Assembly: GCA_016207805.1 (NCBI GenBank)
Contig: JACQZO010000020.1
Span: forward strand, 35,634 to 99,633
Direction: 5' to 3'
Source: Candidatus Abawacabacteria bacterium
GTDB lineage: Bacteria > Patescibacteriota > Gracilibacteria > RBG-16-42-10
DNA length: 64,000 bases
Positions 18,489 through 27,547 of this stretch are shown here, in pieces. A model generated the notes under the pieces. The model made no database searches, was not told the DNA's origin, and saw only the letters and a list, made by a program, of their open reading frames with translations. The position numbers were made by a program, and so were the translations under genes. Every line of letters starts with the position of its first letter. The stretch's first letter is position 1.

Positions 18489-18729
18489 AAACCTATTTCA
18501 ACCTTTAGTGTTTGTTAGCCTGTAAAAACTATATCTTTATATCATACCAATGAGCTTAAACCTGAGTCAACCTCAGCCAAAGCCATAAGATGGTTCATTT
18601 TGCAAAAAAAAACTAAATATTTAAATATCAGCTTAGTCTTTTCACATAAGTTTCTAATTCTGACTTCCATCTATACACACAAGACAAAAATTGCTTAACT
18701 AATTCTGAAAAATTGATGTCATAAGGTAT

Positions 18730-20388
18730 ATGCAAAAAAGAATATGCGCTATTACTGGCAAAGAGTTTGTAATTTCTGATCAAGAAGAAGCCTTTTGTCA
18801 GGAACACATGATCCCTTTACCTACTATTAGTCATGTCGAAAGATTGCGTCGTACTTGTGCCATGTTGAGCAGCGTCCATCTCTATCCTAGTACTTGCGCA
18901 CTTACTAAAAAACCGATACTCCCTTTCATTCCTCCCCACAAAGAGCTCGTGGTATATGACATTGATGCCTGGATGAGTGATGCCTGGGATCCATTAAGCT
19001 TCGGCCTGGACTATGATTTCTCGCGACCATTTTTTGCCCAAATGGCTGAATTGCTTAAGAAAGCCCCATTACCCAGCTTGGAATGTATTCGTTCCACCAT
19101 GGAAAATAGTGATTATACTAATGGGGTACTGAATGTTAAAAATTGCTATCTATCCTTCGGTGTCTTGAATGGCGAAGATGTGCTTTTTTCAAGAACCGTA
19201 TTAACAGCCAAAGATATCATCGATTCTACTTATGTCACTGATAGTGAGATCTGTTTAGGCTGTATTCATGTGAAAAATTGCTACAATCTCAAATACTCAG
19301 AAATCTGTGACAATTGCTCTGATTCAGCATTTCTGTTCGACTGCAAGAATTGTAAAAATTGCTATGGTTGTAGCAATTTAGTTAATAAAGAATATTGCTT
19401 CGATAATCAACAATTAACAGAAGCAGAATTTAAAACAAAAAGGGCTCAAATAGATTTAGGTAGCTATCAAACTGTTGAATCAGAAAAGAAAAAGTTTGGC
19501 GAGATGAAGTCTCGGGCCGCGATTAAATTCATGCAAGGTAAAAATAATGAGAATTCTCATGGTGACTTTTTAAATAACACCAAAGATTGTCGTAATTGTA
19601 TTTTTGCTTCCGATACAGAAAATGCTGAATGGTCAATTCAAATGATCAACCAAACTAGAAATGCTTTTGTCTGTGATGGTTTTGGTCAAAACGGTCAGAA
19701 TCTCTACTATTCTGCCGCTGTGGGAGAAAATGCTTACAATATTAAATTCTGCTTTGACTGTTATAGCAATGTCCGGGACTTGGAATACTGTATTTTTGTT
19801 GGCTTTGGCTGTATGGACTGCTTCGGCTGTATTGGCTTAAAAAAGAAACAATATTGTATTCTTAATAAGCAATATAGCAAAGAAGACTATTTCGCTCTGC
19901 TGCAAAAAATCAAAGCTCATATGTTGAGCACAGGAGAATATGGTCAATTCTTCCCTGCCTCAATGTCGCCTATGGATTATAACCGCTCCGAAGGACAAGT
20001 ATTTTTGCCTTTAGAAAAAGCTGAAGCAGAAAGACTGGGCTACACCTGGAAAGAAGATCTGCCAGAAGACTTCACAGCTACTTACCAAATCCCAGACAAT
20101 ATTGATGATGTCAAAGATGATATTCTCAATGCTGTGCTCAAATGTGAAGCGACTGGCAAAAAGTATAAAATCATTAAACAAGAATTAGCTGCCTATCGAA
20201 AGTTCCACGCTCCGATTCCTCATGTTTCCCCTATTGCTCGAGTAGAAAAAATTCAGAGCAGTTTAACAATGGCTGAAGTATTAACAAAACAATGTAGTCA
20301 ATGTGGCACAGAGATTATGACTGTCTATAATACAGAGAAGTTGCGCGTACTTTGTGAGAAATGTTATCAGAGAGAAGTGCATGGATGA
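18730..20388 (+). CDS. Cys-rich family, array member 9 (N1- N2- C1- C2+)
   Basis: 552 aa. Degenerate N-module ICAITGKEFVISDQE..IPLPTISHVERLR. Core ENSDYTN, NCYLSF, VRDLEYC, FGCIGLKKKQYCILNKQYSKEDYF, GEYGQFFP. C-module KCEATGKKYKIIKQEL..VSPIARVEK and QCSQCG..VLCEKCY. Sister of member 4. Confidence 0.9.
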   Translation: MQKRICAITGKEFVISDQEEAFCQEHMIPLPTISHVERLRRTCAMLSSVHLYPSTCALTKKPILPFIPPHKELVVYDIDAWMSDAWDPLSFGLDYDFSRPFFAQMAELLKKAPLPSLECIRSTMENSDYTNGVLNVKNCYLSFGVLNGEDVLFSRTVLTAKDIIDSTYVTDSEICLGCIHVKNCYNLKYSEICDNCSDSAFLFDCKNCKNCYGCSNLVNKEYCFDNQQLTEAEFKTKRAQIDLGSYQTVESEKKKFGEMKSRAAIKFMQGKNNENSHGDFLNNTKDCRNCIFASDTENAEWSIQMINQTRNAFVCDGFGQNGQNLYYSAAVGENAYNIKFCFDCYSNVRDLEYCIFVGFGCMDCFGCIGLKKKQYCILNKQYSKEDYFALLQKIKAHMLSTGEYGQFFPASMSPMDYNRSEGQVFLPLEKAEAERLGYTWKEDLPEDFTATYQIPDNIDDVKDDILNAVLKCEATGKKYKIIKQELAAYRKFHAPIPHVSPIARVEKIQSSLTMAEVLTKQCSQCGTEIMTVYNTEKLRVLCEKCYQREVHG

Positions 20389-20460
20389 AGGCAGAAGTCA
20401 GATGCCTGCCCTGAGTCGAATCGAAGGGGCAGGAGGCAGAAGTTAGGGGGAGGAAACTGC
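20389..20460 (+). repeat. heptamer tract, CAGAAGN class, with internal hairpin, 3' of member 9 stop
   Basis: ggcagaa gtcagat gcctgcc ctgagtc gaatcga aggggca ggaggca gaagtta ggggg. ctgccc pairs with gggcag. Confidence 0.7.
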
Positions 20461-20503
20461 AGATGGCTCAAAGATAAAAGCTTAGAAGTAAGTAAACAAA
20501 TGT

Positions 20504-21247
20504 ATGCAGGATTTTTTTATCATTGATGATGTCAAAGTGTTTGGGCGAAAAGTAGATGATGTGGCAATCAGAGATATCGATAATATCGTGATTACTCAAG
20601 AGAGCTTATTACATGTGGTAAGACACTTCTCACAACTTAGTCAACAAAGCAGAAAAAGTTTATTAGAGAAAAAGCATGATACTGAAAGGCAGATAGAAGT
20701 TACGGAAAAAATGATCGATGAATTGCTGCATACTGCTGGCTCCAAATTTCATCCTCAATTACAAGATTTGCATTACGTACTTTCATGCTTACTTAGCTAT
20801 ACTAAAGGACATGTTACTGCTGGCCTTAAGGCTCCTTGGATAGAGTTTTCTTCTTTGCCAGGAGAATACTATACAGAGATTCATTTCACTATTACATCTG
20901 AACAAAAAGAAGAGTTAGGACTATCACAAGACGAATTCATAGGTACACTAGGAGCTGTACCAATCAATGAAGAAAATATCGCTTTTGTTCAGCCAGAACA
21001 AAGAGGAGCAGGAGATAAAGCTGATGATATTATTGTGAATATAATTAAAGAATTAGATCCACCACTGACTGATACCATTACTATCGGCTTAGCAAAAAAC
21101 CCTGAAACATTAGTAGTACGACTAACTACTATCTTTACTTCCGATGGCAAGTTTTCGCCGCTATTTCCTAATGCCGAAAAGCAGTCACCAGAGGAGTTTG
21201 CCTATAATAAACAATGGTGGGAACAATACGCCTTTTTTAAGAGCTGA
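20504..21247 (+). CDS. hypothetical protein
   Basis: 247 aa ORF between members 9 and 10. No recognisable motif. Its stop codon lies inside an AGAGCTR heptamer tract. Confidence 0.6.
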   Translation: MQDFFIIDDVKVFGRKVDDVAIRDIDNIVITQESLLHVVRHFSQLSQQSRKSLLEKKHDTERQIEVTEKMIDELLHTAGSKFHPQLQDLHYVLSCLLSYTKGHVTAGLKAPWIEFSSLPGEYYTEIHFTITSEQKEELGLSQDEFIGTLGAVPINEENIAFVQPEQRGAGDKADDIIVNIIKELDPPLTDTITIGLAKNPETLVVRLTTIFTSDGKFSPLFPNAEKQSPEEFAYNKQWWEQYAFFKS

Positions 21248-21272
21248 GAGCTAAGAGCTAAATGCTAAGAGG
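21241..21272 (+). repeat. heptamer tract, AGAGCTR class, overlapping the stop of the 20504-21247 ORF
   Basis: gagctga gagctaa gagctaa atgctaa gagg. Confidence 0.8.
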
Positions 21273-21345
21273 TGTTTATGTAAATATTTAGCTTTGGCTT
21301 TAGGGACCAAATGAATTATGCTACTAGCAGGCATAATTTCATTGT

Positions 21346-22953
21346 ATGAATCAAAACTGTACTCAATGCCACAACAGTTTCCTCATCAGTGATCATGATA
21401 GTGCTTTTTATCAGAAAGTTTCACCGGAAATAAAAGGTAGCAAATACATTGTTCAAAATCCCCAGCTTTGTCCTGATTGTAGACAAAAGCGACGACTTCG
21501 CTTTAGAAACGAAAGGCATTTATATGCACGGCATTGTGATTTGTGCCAAAAAGATATCATTGCTCTTTATCCTCAGAGCACTTCTTTTCCCGTTTATTGT
21601 CCTAACTGTTGGTGGAGTGATAATTGGGATGCTACTCAATACGGTCTCGCCTTTTCCCCACAATCTGAAGTTTTTTCTCAGATCAAAACATTATTTCATA
21701 CTGTACCCAGAATATCGCTGATCAATATTGAAAGTGAAAATAGTACCTATGCCCATGATGCTAGTCACAATAAAAATTGCTATTTAGTTTTCTCTGCTGC
21801 TCACTGCCAGGATTCGCTCTATCTTACCGACTGTGGTTTTATTAGAAATTCTTTAGACTGTTATTGGTGTCTGGATTGTGAATTGTGCTACGAGGGCATT
21901 TCGCTCACTAAATGCTATCAAACTTTCTTTAGTATTCATTGCCATAATTTAAACTTTTCCTATTTTTGTTTTGATTGTCACAATTGCAACTATTGCTTTG
22001 GTTGCTTCAATCTGAATAACAAAGAATATTATATTTTTAATCAACCGTATACCAAAGAAGCTTATCTGCAAAAGTTAGCTCAATATCAAAAGCAGCTAAG
22101 CACTTGGTCGGGCAATCAACTTCTCTGCAATGAAGTGAAGATCTTTTGGCACAAACAACCACACAAGTATGCTAACACTAATATAATCGACAATTGCACT
22201 GGCGATTTCTTAGTGAATTGTAAAAATTGCCAAGATTGTTTTAATGTCGTAAATAGTCAAGATTGCAAATACTTATACGATAATCACACTCTCAAAGATA
22301 GCTATGATTGTAATATTTCCGGACAGTCTGATCTCCTCTATAATTGCCAAAGCTGTTGGGGATTTATGAATATTTGCTGTAGTTTTTCAGCTCATTGCAG
22401 TAATCTCTATTATTCAGATAGCTGCTTTTATTGCGAAAATTGTTTTGGTTGTGTAGGCCTGAACCACAAAAAGTATTGCATCTTTAATAAGCAATATACG
22501 AAAGAAGATTTTGATCGGCTTGCACCACAATTAATTCAGTTACTGGTAGATAAAAATGCTTGGGGTGAGTTTTTCCCAAGCGAGATTGCCCCGATAGAAG
22601 AAAGTGATTCCGTACTTCAATATTACTTTCCCCCGACTGATGAAATCCCAATTGATGAGATAGTAGGGCATTCTTCTTTAGAGTCCATTCTCACTCATGA
22701 ACAAAGCTGTAGAGCCTGTAGTAAAAAGTATCTCATTATTAAGCAAGAAGAAGATTTTTACTATCAGCATCAACTCCCATTTCCGCCACTATGCCCCACC
22801 TGTAGACATAAAAGGCGCATGCAGCAAAAAAATCCACGAAAATTGTACAGTAGACACTGCCAGCAATGTCAGCAAGCAGTGTCATCTTCATACCCGGATA
22901 TTGATCCTAGAGTAATTTATTGTGAACAATGTTATGCCCAAAGTGCTCTATAA
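21346..22953 (+). CDS. Cys-rich family, array member 10 (N1+ N2+ C1+ C2+), shortest copy
   Basis: 535 aa. CTQCHN..CPDCRQKRRLRFRNE..RHCDLCQKDIIALY..VYCPNCWW. C-module SCRACSKKYLIIKQEE..CPTCRHKRR..HCQQCQ..IYCEQCY. Sister of member 7 (shared PH(Q/K)YA..NCTG(N/D)(Y/F)LV.C.NC.(N/D)CFN...(A/S)QDCKY(I/L)YD block). Confidence 0.9.
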   Translation: MNQNCTQCHNSFLISDHDSAFYQKVSPEIKGSKYIVQNPQLCPDCRQKRRLRFRNERHLYARHCDLCQKDIIALYPQSTSFPVYCPNCWWSDNWDATQYGLAFSPQSEVFSQIKTLFHTVPRISLINIESENSTYAHDASHNKNCYLVFSAAHCQDSLYLTDCGFIRNSLDCYWCLDCELCYEGISLTKCYQTFFSIHCHNLNFSYFCFDCHNCNYCFGCFNLNNKEYYIFNQPYTKEAYLQKLAQYQKQLSTWSGNQLLCNEVKIFWHKQPHKYANTNIIDNCTGDFLVNCKNCQDCFNVVNSQDCKYLYDNHTLKDSYDCNISGQSDLLYNCQSCWGFMNICCSFSAHCSNLYYSDSCFYCENCFGCVGLNHKKYCIFNKQYTKEDFDRLAPQLIQLLVDKNAWGEFFPSEIAPIEESDSVLQYYFPPTDEIPIDEIVGHSSLESILTHEQSCRACSKKYLIIKQEEDFYYQHQLPFPPLCPTCRHKRRMQQKNPRKLYSRHCQQCQQAVSSSYPDIDPRVIYCEQCYAQSAL

Positions 22954-22967
22954 TTTTACCACTACAC

Positions 22968-23384
22968 TTACTTTAGTGATTCCACGTATTTTTTAAAGTT
23001 ATCTAATATCGCTTGCCAACCAGTTCGTTGCTGCTCTTCACTATGGGTATTTTCCATTTCAAATGTTTCAACTATTTTTGTTCCATCTCCTTCAGTAGAA
23101 AATACTACCTGCACTTTGCGCCCATCATCAATAGTATATTCAATAATTTTATGTTCTTGAACATCAGTATATTGTCCAGTGAAGTCAAAACTAGAAGATA
23201 AATCTTTTGCACGCATAGTTGAAGAAAACCGTCCCCCAACTCGTAAGTCATTGTGAGCTTCTGGACATTCCCAATCATCCTGAGCAAAGAGCCATTGGCA
23301 AATATGGGCAGGTTCTACCCAACATTGCCAAACCTTTTCTACTGGAGCGTTGATACTAATTTCTACCGTAATACTCTTCGCCAT
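22968..23384 (-). CDS. SRPBCC superfamily protein, AHSA1 (activator of Hsp90 ATPase homolog 1-like) domain
   Basis: 138 aa. ITVEISINAPVEKVWQCWVEPAHICQW..TGWQAILDNFKKYVE is the typical AHSA1/START-like pattern. Confidence 0.8.
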   Translation of the reverse strand: MAKSITVEISINAPVEKVWQCWVEPAHICQWLFAQDDWECPEAHNDLRVGGRFSSTMRAKDLSSSFDFTGQYTDVQEHKIIEYTIDDGRKVQVVFSTEGDGTKIVETFEMENTHSEEQQRTGWQAILDNFKKYVESLK

Positions 23385-23405
23385 AAATTTTTTAGTTAAT
23401 TCTAA

Positions 23406-23843
23406 TTACACTTTACTAGCACAATTAAACATCCATTGCACACCATACTTATCAGTACAAGTACCGAAGTAGTCCCCCCAAAACATTTCTTGCAAGGCCA
23501 TTTCTACTTTACCCCCAGCTGATAAAGCAGCAAACAGTTTATCTGTTTCAGATCGAGTATCGGGTTCCAGATTAATATAGATATTATTGCCAAACTTCAC
23601 TTGAAAACCCATTGATTCTGGTGCATCAGTACCCATTAACAAATGTCCCCCCAAGATAGGGAGCGCAATATTCATAATCAGATTCTTGTCTTCTTCTGCC
23701 ATGGGTGGTTGACCTGGTTGCACAGGTACCTCAGAAAACCGGCTTACTTTACCCTGGAATTCTGTACCAAATACACTTTTGTAAAAATTAAAAGCCTCCT
23801 CCGTCTGTCGAGTAAAATTGAGGTAAGTACTGACGCTAGCCAT
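23406..23843 (-). CDS. VOC (glyoxalase/bleomycin resistance fold) family protein, PhnB-like
   Basis: 145 aa. YLNFTRQTEEAFNFYKSVFG..LMGTD..MFWGDYFGTCTDKYGVQWMFN matches the PhnB/3-demethylubiquinone methyltransferase-like VOC signature. This family is often adjacent to AHSA1 genes. Confidence 0.8.
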   Translation of the reverse strand: MASVSTYLNFTRQTEEAFNFYKSVFGTEFQGKVSRFSEVPVQPGQPPMAEEDKNLIMNIALPILGGHLLMGTDAPESMGFQVKFGNNIYINLEPDTRSETDKLFAALSAGGKVEMALQEMFWGDYFGTCTDKYGVQWMFNCASKV

Positions 23844-24090
23844 AGAAATTTAGTTATGAAATAAACCGGACTTTCCTACAGTACTTTCTCCCTAAAAAGA
23901 GTGCAAGAATATTTTAAGACTCTCCACAAACAGGCTTGTTGTAAAAAACTTTCTACAGATTTTCAAAGAGAAAGTAATAGCTTTAGTTAGCGAAGAATGA
24001 TCAAACAGACCAGGCTAGACGTATCGGTCACTGTTTACAGTTATTCACGACATGCTATACTGCACATAGTTACAAAACAATTTAGCATTT

Positions 24091-25743
24091 ATGGCAAGCA
24101 AACAATACGCATGCCAGGACTGCTCTGCTCTTTATTTTGTCTCAGACAAAGAGCAGGCTTTCTTGAACAAGCTGCAAATTCCCAATCCAGTAACTTGTTT
24201 CGAATGTGGCCAAAAACAACGTTTGAGCTTTAGAAACAGTAGTTCCTTATACAATCGTAAATGCGATCATTCAGGAGAGGCAATTATTTCTATTTACGCT
24301 CCCGACAAACCATATAAAGTCTATAAAAGTGACTATTGGTTTAGTGACAAATGGGATGCAGCTGATTATGGCCAAGAAATTGATTTTTCTCGTCCTTTGT
24401 TCCCTCAACTAAAAGAGTTGCAACTTAAAGTGCCCCGGTTAGCATTGTTAAACTTTAATGCAGAAAACAGTGATTACTGTAATTCCACAGTTGGTAATAA
24501 AAATTGTTACTTAATTTTTGGTGGAGACCACAATCAGGATTGTCTATTTGGGAATCTCAGTATGCACAATGAAAAAGTAGTAGATAGTGATGTCAGCAAT
24601 CAGAACAAAGTATGTTACATGATGAGTGACTGTACCAATTGCTATCAGTGCCAATTTGCTTTCGACTGCAAAAGTTGCAGTAATTGTTTTTTCATTAGCG
24701 ACTGTAGCAATTGCCAAGACTGTATTCTTTGCACCAACCTTCATAACAAACAATTTTGTATTAACAATGAACAATTAAGTAAAGAGGCTTATCAACAAAA
24801 AGCAAATGAACTTTTAAATGGCAGCAGAAAGATGCAAAAAGAGCTAATGGAGCAATTTCAATCTTTACGGAGTACACGCACTGTAAAATTCTCTCATATG
24901 GTTTCATGTGAAGATTCCAGTGGGGATTATCTGAAAAGTTGTAAGGGATGTCACAATTGCTTCGACTCTTCAGAAAGCGAAGATCTATCGAATGTTATCT
25001 TTGCTACTAAAGCTAAAGACACTCATAACTCAAGCATGCTCGGTGATCAAACTGAGCTTAGCTATGATATTATCAGCACTTCAAATTGTTATAATTCTAA
25101 ATATTCTTTTGGTGTCTTAGATAGCTCCAATGTGGAGTATTCTGATCTGGTTTTGAATTGCCATGACTTATTTGGCTGTGTGTGTTTGAAAGGAAAAGAA
25201 TATGCAATTTTAAACAAAGTATATTCTAAAACTGACTTCAATATACTACGCAGTAAACTAATAGAGCACATGAAGAAAACTGGTGAATGGGGAAAGTTCT
25301 TGCCCAAAGAACTTTCTTGCTTTGGTTATAATGAATCTTGTGCCCAAGAATATTATCCCTTAACAAAAGAAGAGGCTCTAAAGAGCGGCTTTAGTTGGTA
25401 TGAAAAAGACAATTCTAATAGCTATCAAGGACCTGATGTGATTATTGCCGATAATATCAAAGACATAACAGACAGCATTACCAAAGACATTTTAACTTGC
25501 ATTACTTGCCATCGAAACTACCGTGTCGTGCCGCAAGAACTGAGTTTTTATCGTGAACAAAACATTCCTGTACCACAAAGTTGTTATGCGTGCCGCTACA
25601 AATTTAGACAATCTCTACGCAATCCACGTATTCTCTGGGATCGTACTTGTATGAATTGCGATATAGCACTAAAGACTACCTATGCTCCGGAAAGAAGCGA
25701 AAGAATTTTGTGCGAAGCTTGTTATTTAAAAGAAACCTATTAA
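24091..25743 (+). CDS. Cys-rich family, array member 11 (N1+ N2- C1+ C2+)
   Basis: 550 aa. CQDCS..CFECGQKQRLSFRN..RKCDHSGEAIISIY, no YCxxC. C-module CITCHRNYRVVPQEL..CYACRYKFR..TCMNC..TTYAPERSERILCEACYLKETY. Confidence 0.9.
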   Translation: MASKQYACQDCSALYFVSDKEQAFLNKLQIPNPVTCFECGQKQRLSFRNSSSLYNRKCDHSGEAIISIYAPDKPYKVYKSDYWFSDKWDAADYGQEIDFSRPLFPQLKELQLKVPRLALLNFNAENSDYCNSTVGNKNCYLIFGGDHNQDCLFGNLSMHNEKVVDSDVSNQNKVCYMMSDCTNCYQCQFAFDCKSCSNCFFISDCSNCQDCILCTNLHNKQFCINNEQLSKEAYQQKANELLNGSRKMQKELMEQFQSLRSTRTVKFSHMVSCEDSSGDYLKSCKGCHNCFDSSESEDLSNVIFATKAKDTHNSSMLGDQTELSYDIISTSNCYNSKYSFGVLDSSNVEYSDLVLNCHDLFGCVCLKGKEYAILNKVYSKTDFNILRSKLIEHMKKTGEWGKFLPKELSCFGYNESCAQEYYPLTKEEALKSGFSWYEKDNSNSYQGPDVIIADNIKDITDSITKDILTCITCHRNYRVVPQELSFYREQNIPVPQSCYACRYKFRQSLRNPRILWDRTCMNCDIALKTTYAPERSERILCEACYLKETY

Positions 25744-25745
25744 CC

Positions 25746-25810
25746 AGAGCTGAGAGCGAAGAGCTAAGATAGAAAAATTCTCAGCTCTCAGTATTTAGCT
25801 CTTAGCTCTA
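25746..25810. repeat. heptamer inverted repeat (AGAGCTR arms) filling the member 11/12 spacer
   Basis: Left arm agagctg agagcga agagcta agat. Right arm tctcagc tctcagt atttagc tcttagc tcta. Near-identical element at 34439-34489. Confidence 0.8.
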
Positions 25811-25817
25811 ACATCCT

Positions 25818-27488
25818 ATGTACAGTACTTGCCCACAATGCTACTCACAATTCGCCATCACCCAGGATGATCTAGACTTTTATGAAAAAGTTTCTCCTGT
25901 GATTGCAGGAAAGAAATATCTTATTCCTGAACCAACTCTTTGTCCACCCTGCAGGCAGCAAAGACGCATGGCCAGAAGGAATGAGCGAAAGTTATATAAT
26001 AGAAAGTGCAACTTTTCAGGTAAACAAATTATTTCTATTTATTCATCTGATTCTCCATATAAAGTATATGAAAGCAAAATATGGTGGAGTGACGAGATTG
26101 ACGCTAAGCAGTATGGACAAAGCTTTGACTTCTCTCGCCCATTCTTTGAGCAATTTTATGAATTACAACAGCAGGTCCCTCGTCCTTCGCTTTTCAATAA
26201 AACAGTAGAGAATAGTGAATATAGTAACCATGCTGATCAACTGAAAAGTTGCTACTTAATTATGAATGGTGGCTTGTGTGAGAATTGTATGTATGGCAAT
26301 TGGATTGTATCTGCCAAAGATTGCGTCGATTGTTCCTATATTGAAGGCTGTGAGTTATGTTATGAAACAAGTTATAGCGTCAATTGTTATAATTGCCATT
26401 TCTCCATACATTGTGAAAACTGTTCTGACTCGACTTTTCTCTATGATTGCAAAAGTGTACAGCACTGTACTATGTGCGTTGGGCTCAGAAACAAAGAGTA
26501 TTGTATTTTGAATCAACAATACTCAAAAGAAGAATATGAACAAAAGTTAACTGCATTACAGTTGCATTCTTTTAATCGATTACAATCAGCTAAAGAACAA
26601 TTTCAAGAATTATTGCTCAAGGCCCCCCATCGGTCACAATTTATCGTTAATAGTGAGAACTGCAGTGGAGAAAATATTTATAATTGCCGCAATGCTGAGC
26701 AATGTTTTTATGTTCATAATTCTCAAGATACTAAATATTGCTACAACTCTTTAGGAATTACTGACGGTTACGATGTCTATGAAACTGGTATGGAATGTGA
26801 ATTGCAGATTGAAACTCATGCTATGAATCGTTCCAAAAATGTCGGCTTCTCTAGCGCATCCTATGACAATAGCAATATTTGGTATTGTGACCTTTGTCAT
26901 AATTCTCAAAATCTATTTGGCTGTATTGGATTAAAAGGAGAAAAGTATTGTATTTTGAACAAACAGTATAGCAAAGAAGAGTACGAAATACTGGTTCCTC
27001 AAATTATTGTTCACATGCAAGCTACTGGCGAATGGGGTGAATTTTTTCCTATACCTCATGCTCCTTTTTCTTATAATGAAACTCTAGCCAACGAAGCCTT
27101 TCCCATGACAAAGGAAGCGGTATTAGCAAAGTCTTGGCTTTGGCATGAAGACAAGCTCGGCAGCACATATCAAGGTGAAGTTGTGAAAGTTCCCGATACC
27201 TCTGCCGAGGCAACAGATACTTTTATTGAAAAGATTTTGACTTGTGAAAAGTGCCAAAAACATTATCGCCTGATCAAACAAGAACTTAACTTCTACCGAG
27301 AACACCTGATTCCCATTCCCCATTGCTGCATTGAATGCCGTCACCGTCATCGCACAGCAGAAACAAATCGAATTACTCTTTTTTCGAGGAATTGTGCCAA
27401 GTGTAAGAAAACAATTGAAACAACTTATCCACCAACAGCTCCAGAAGTTATTTACTGTGAAGACTGCTATTTAAGACATACCTATTGA
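25818..27488 (+). CDS. Cys-rich family, array member 12 (N1+ N2- C1+ C2+)
   Basis: 556 aa. CPQCYSQFAITQDDLDFYEKVSP..CPPCRQQRR..RKCNFSGKQIISIY. C-module CEKCQKHYRLIKQEL..CIECRHRHR..NCAKC..IYCEDCY. Confidence 0.9.
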   Translation: MYSTCPQCYSQFAITQDDLDFYEKVSPVIAGKKYLIPEPTLCPPCRQQRRMARRNERKLYNRKCNFSGKQIISIYSSDSPYKVYESKIWWSDEIDAKQYGQSFDFSRPFFEQFYELQQQVPRPSLFNKTVENSEYSNHADQLKSCYLIMNGGLCENCMYGNWIVSAKDCVDCSYIEGCELCYETSYSVNCYNCHFSIHCENCSDSTFLYDCKSVQHCTMCVGLRNKEYCILNQQYSKEEYEQKLTALQLHSFNRLQSAKEQFQELLLKAPHRSQFIVNSENCSGENIYNCRNAEQCFYVHNSQDTKYCYNSLGITDGYDVYETGMECELQIETHAMNRSKNVGFSSASYDNSNIWYCDLCHNSQNLFGCIGLKGEKYCILNKQYSKEEYEILVPQIIVHMQATGEWGEFFPIPHAPFSYNETLANEAFPMTKEAVLAKSWLWHEDKLGSTYQGEVVKVPDTSAEATDTFIEKILTCEKCQKHYRLIKQELNFYREHLIPIPHCCIECRHRHRTAETNRITLFSRNCAKCKKTIETTYPPTAPEVIYCEDCYLRHTY

Positions 27489-27514
27489 ATACAGAGTAGT
27501 CGATTCCAGATTCA

Positions 27515-27547
27515 TTTATAATTTGTAATTCGTAATTTGTAATTAAT
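27515..27547 (+). repeat. heptamer tract, GTAATTY class, directly 5' of member 13 start
   Basis: tttataa tttgtaa ttcgtaa tttgtaa ttaat, then ATG. Confidence 0.85.
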
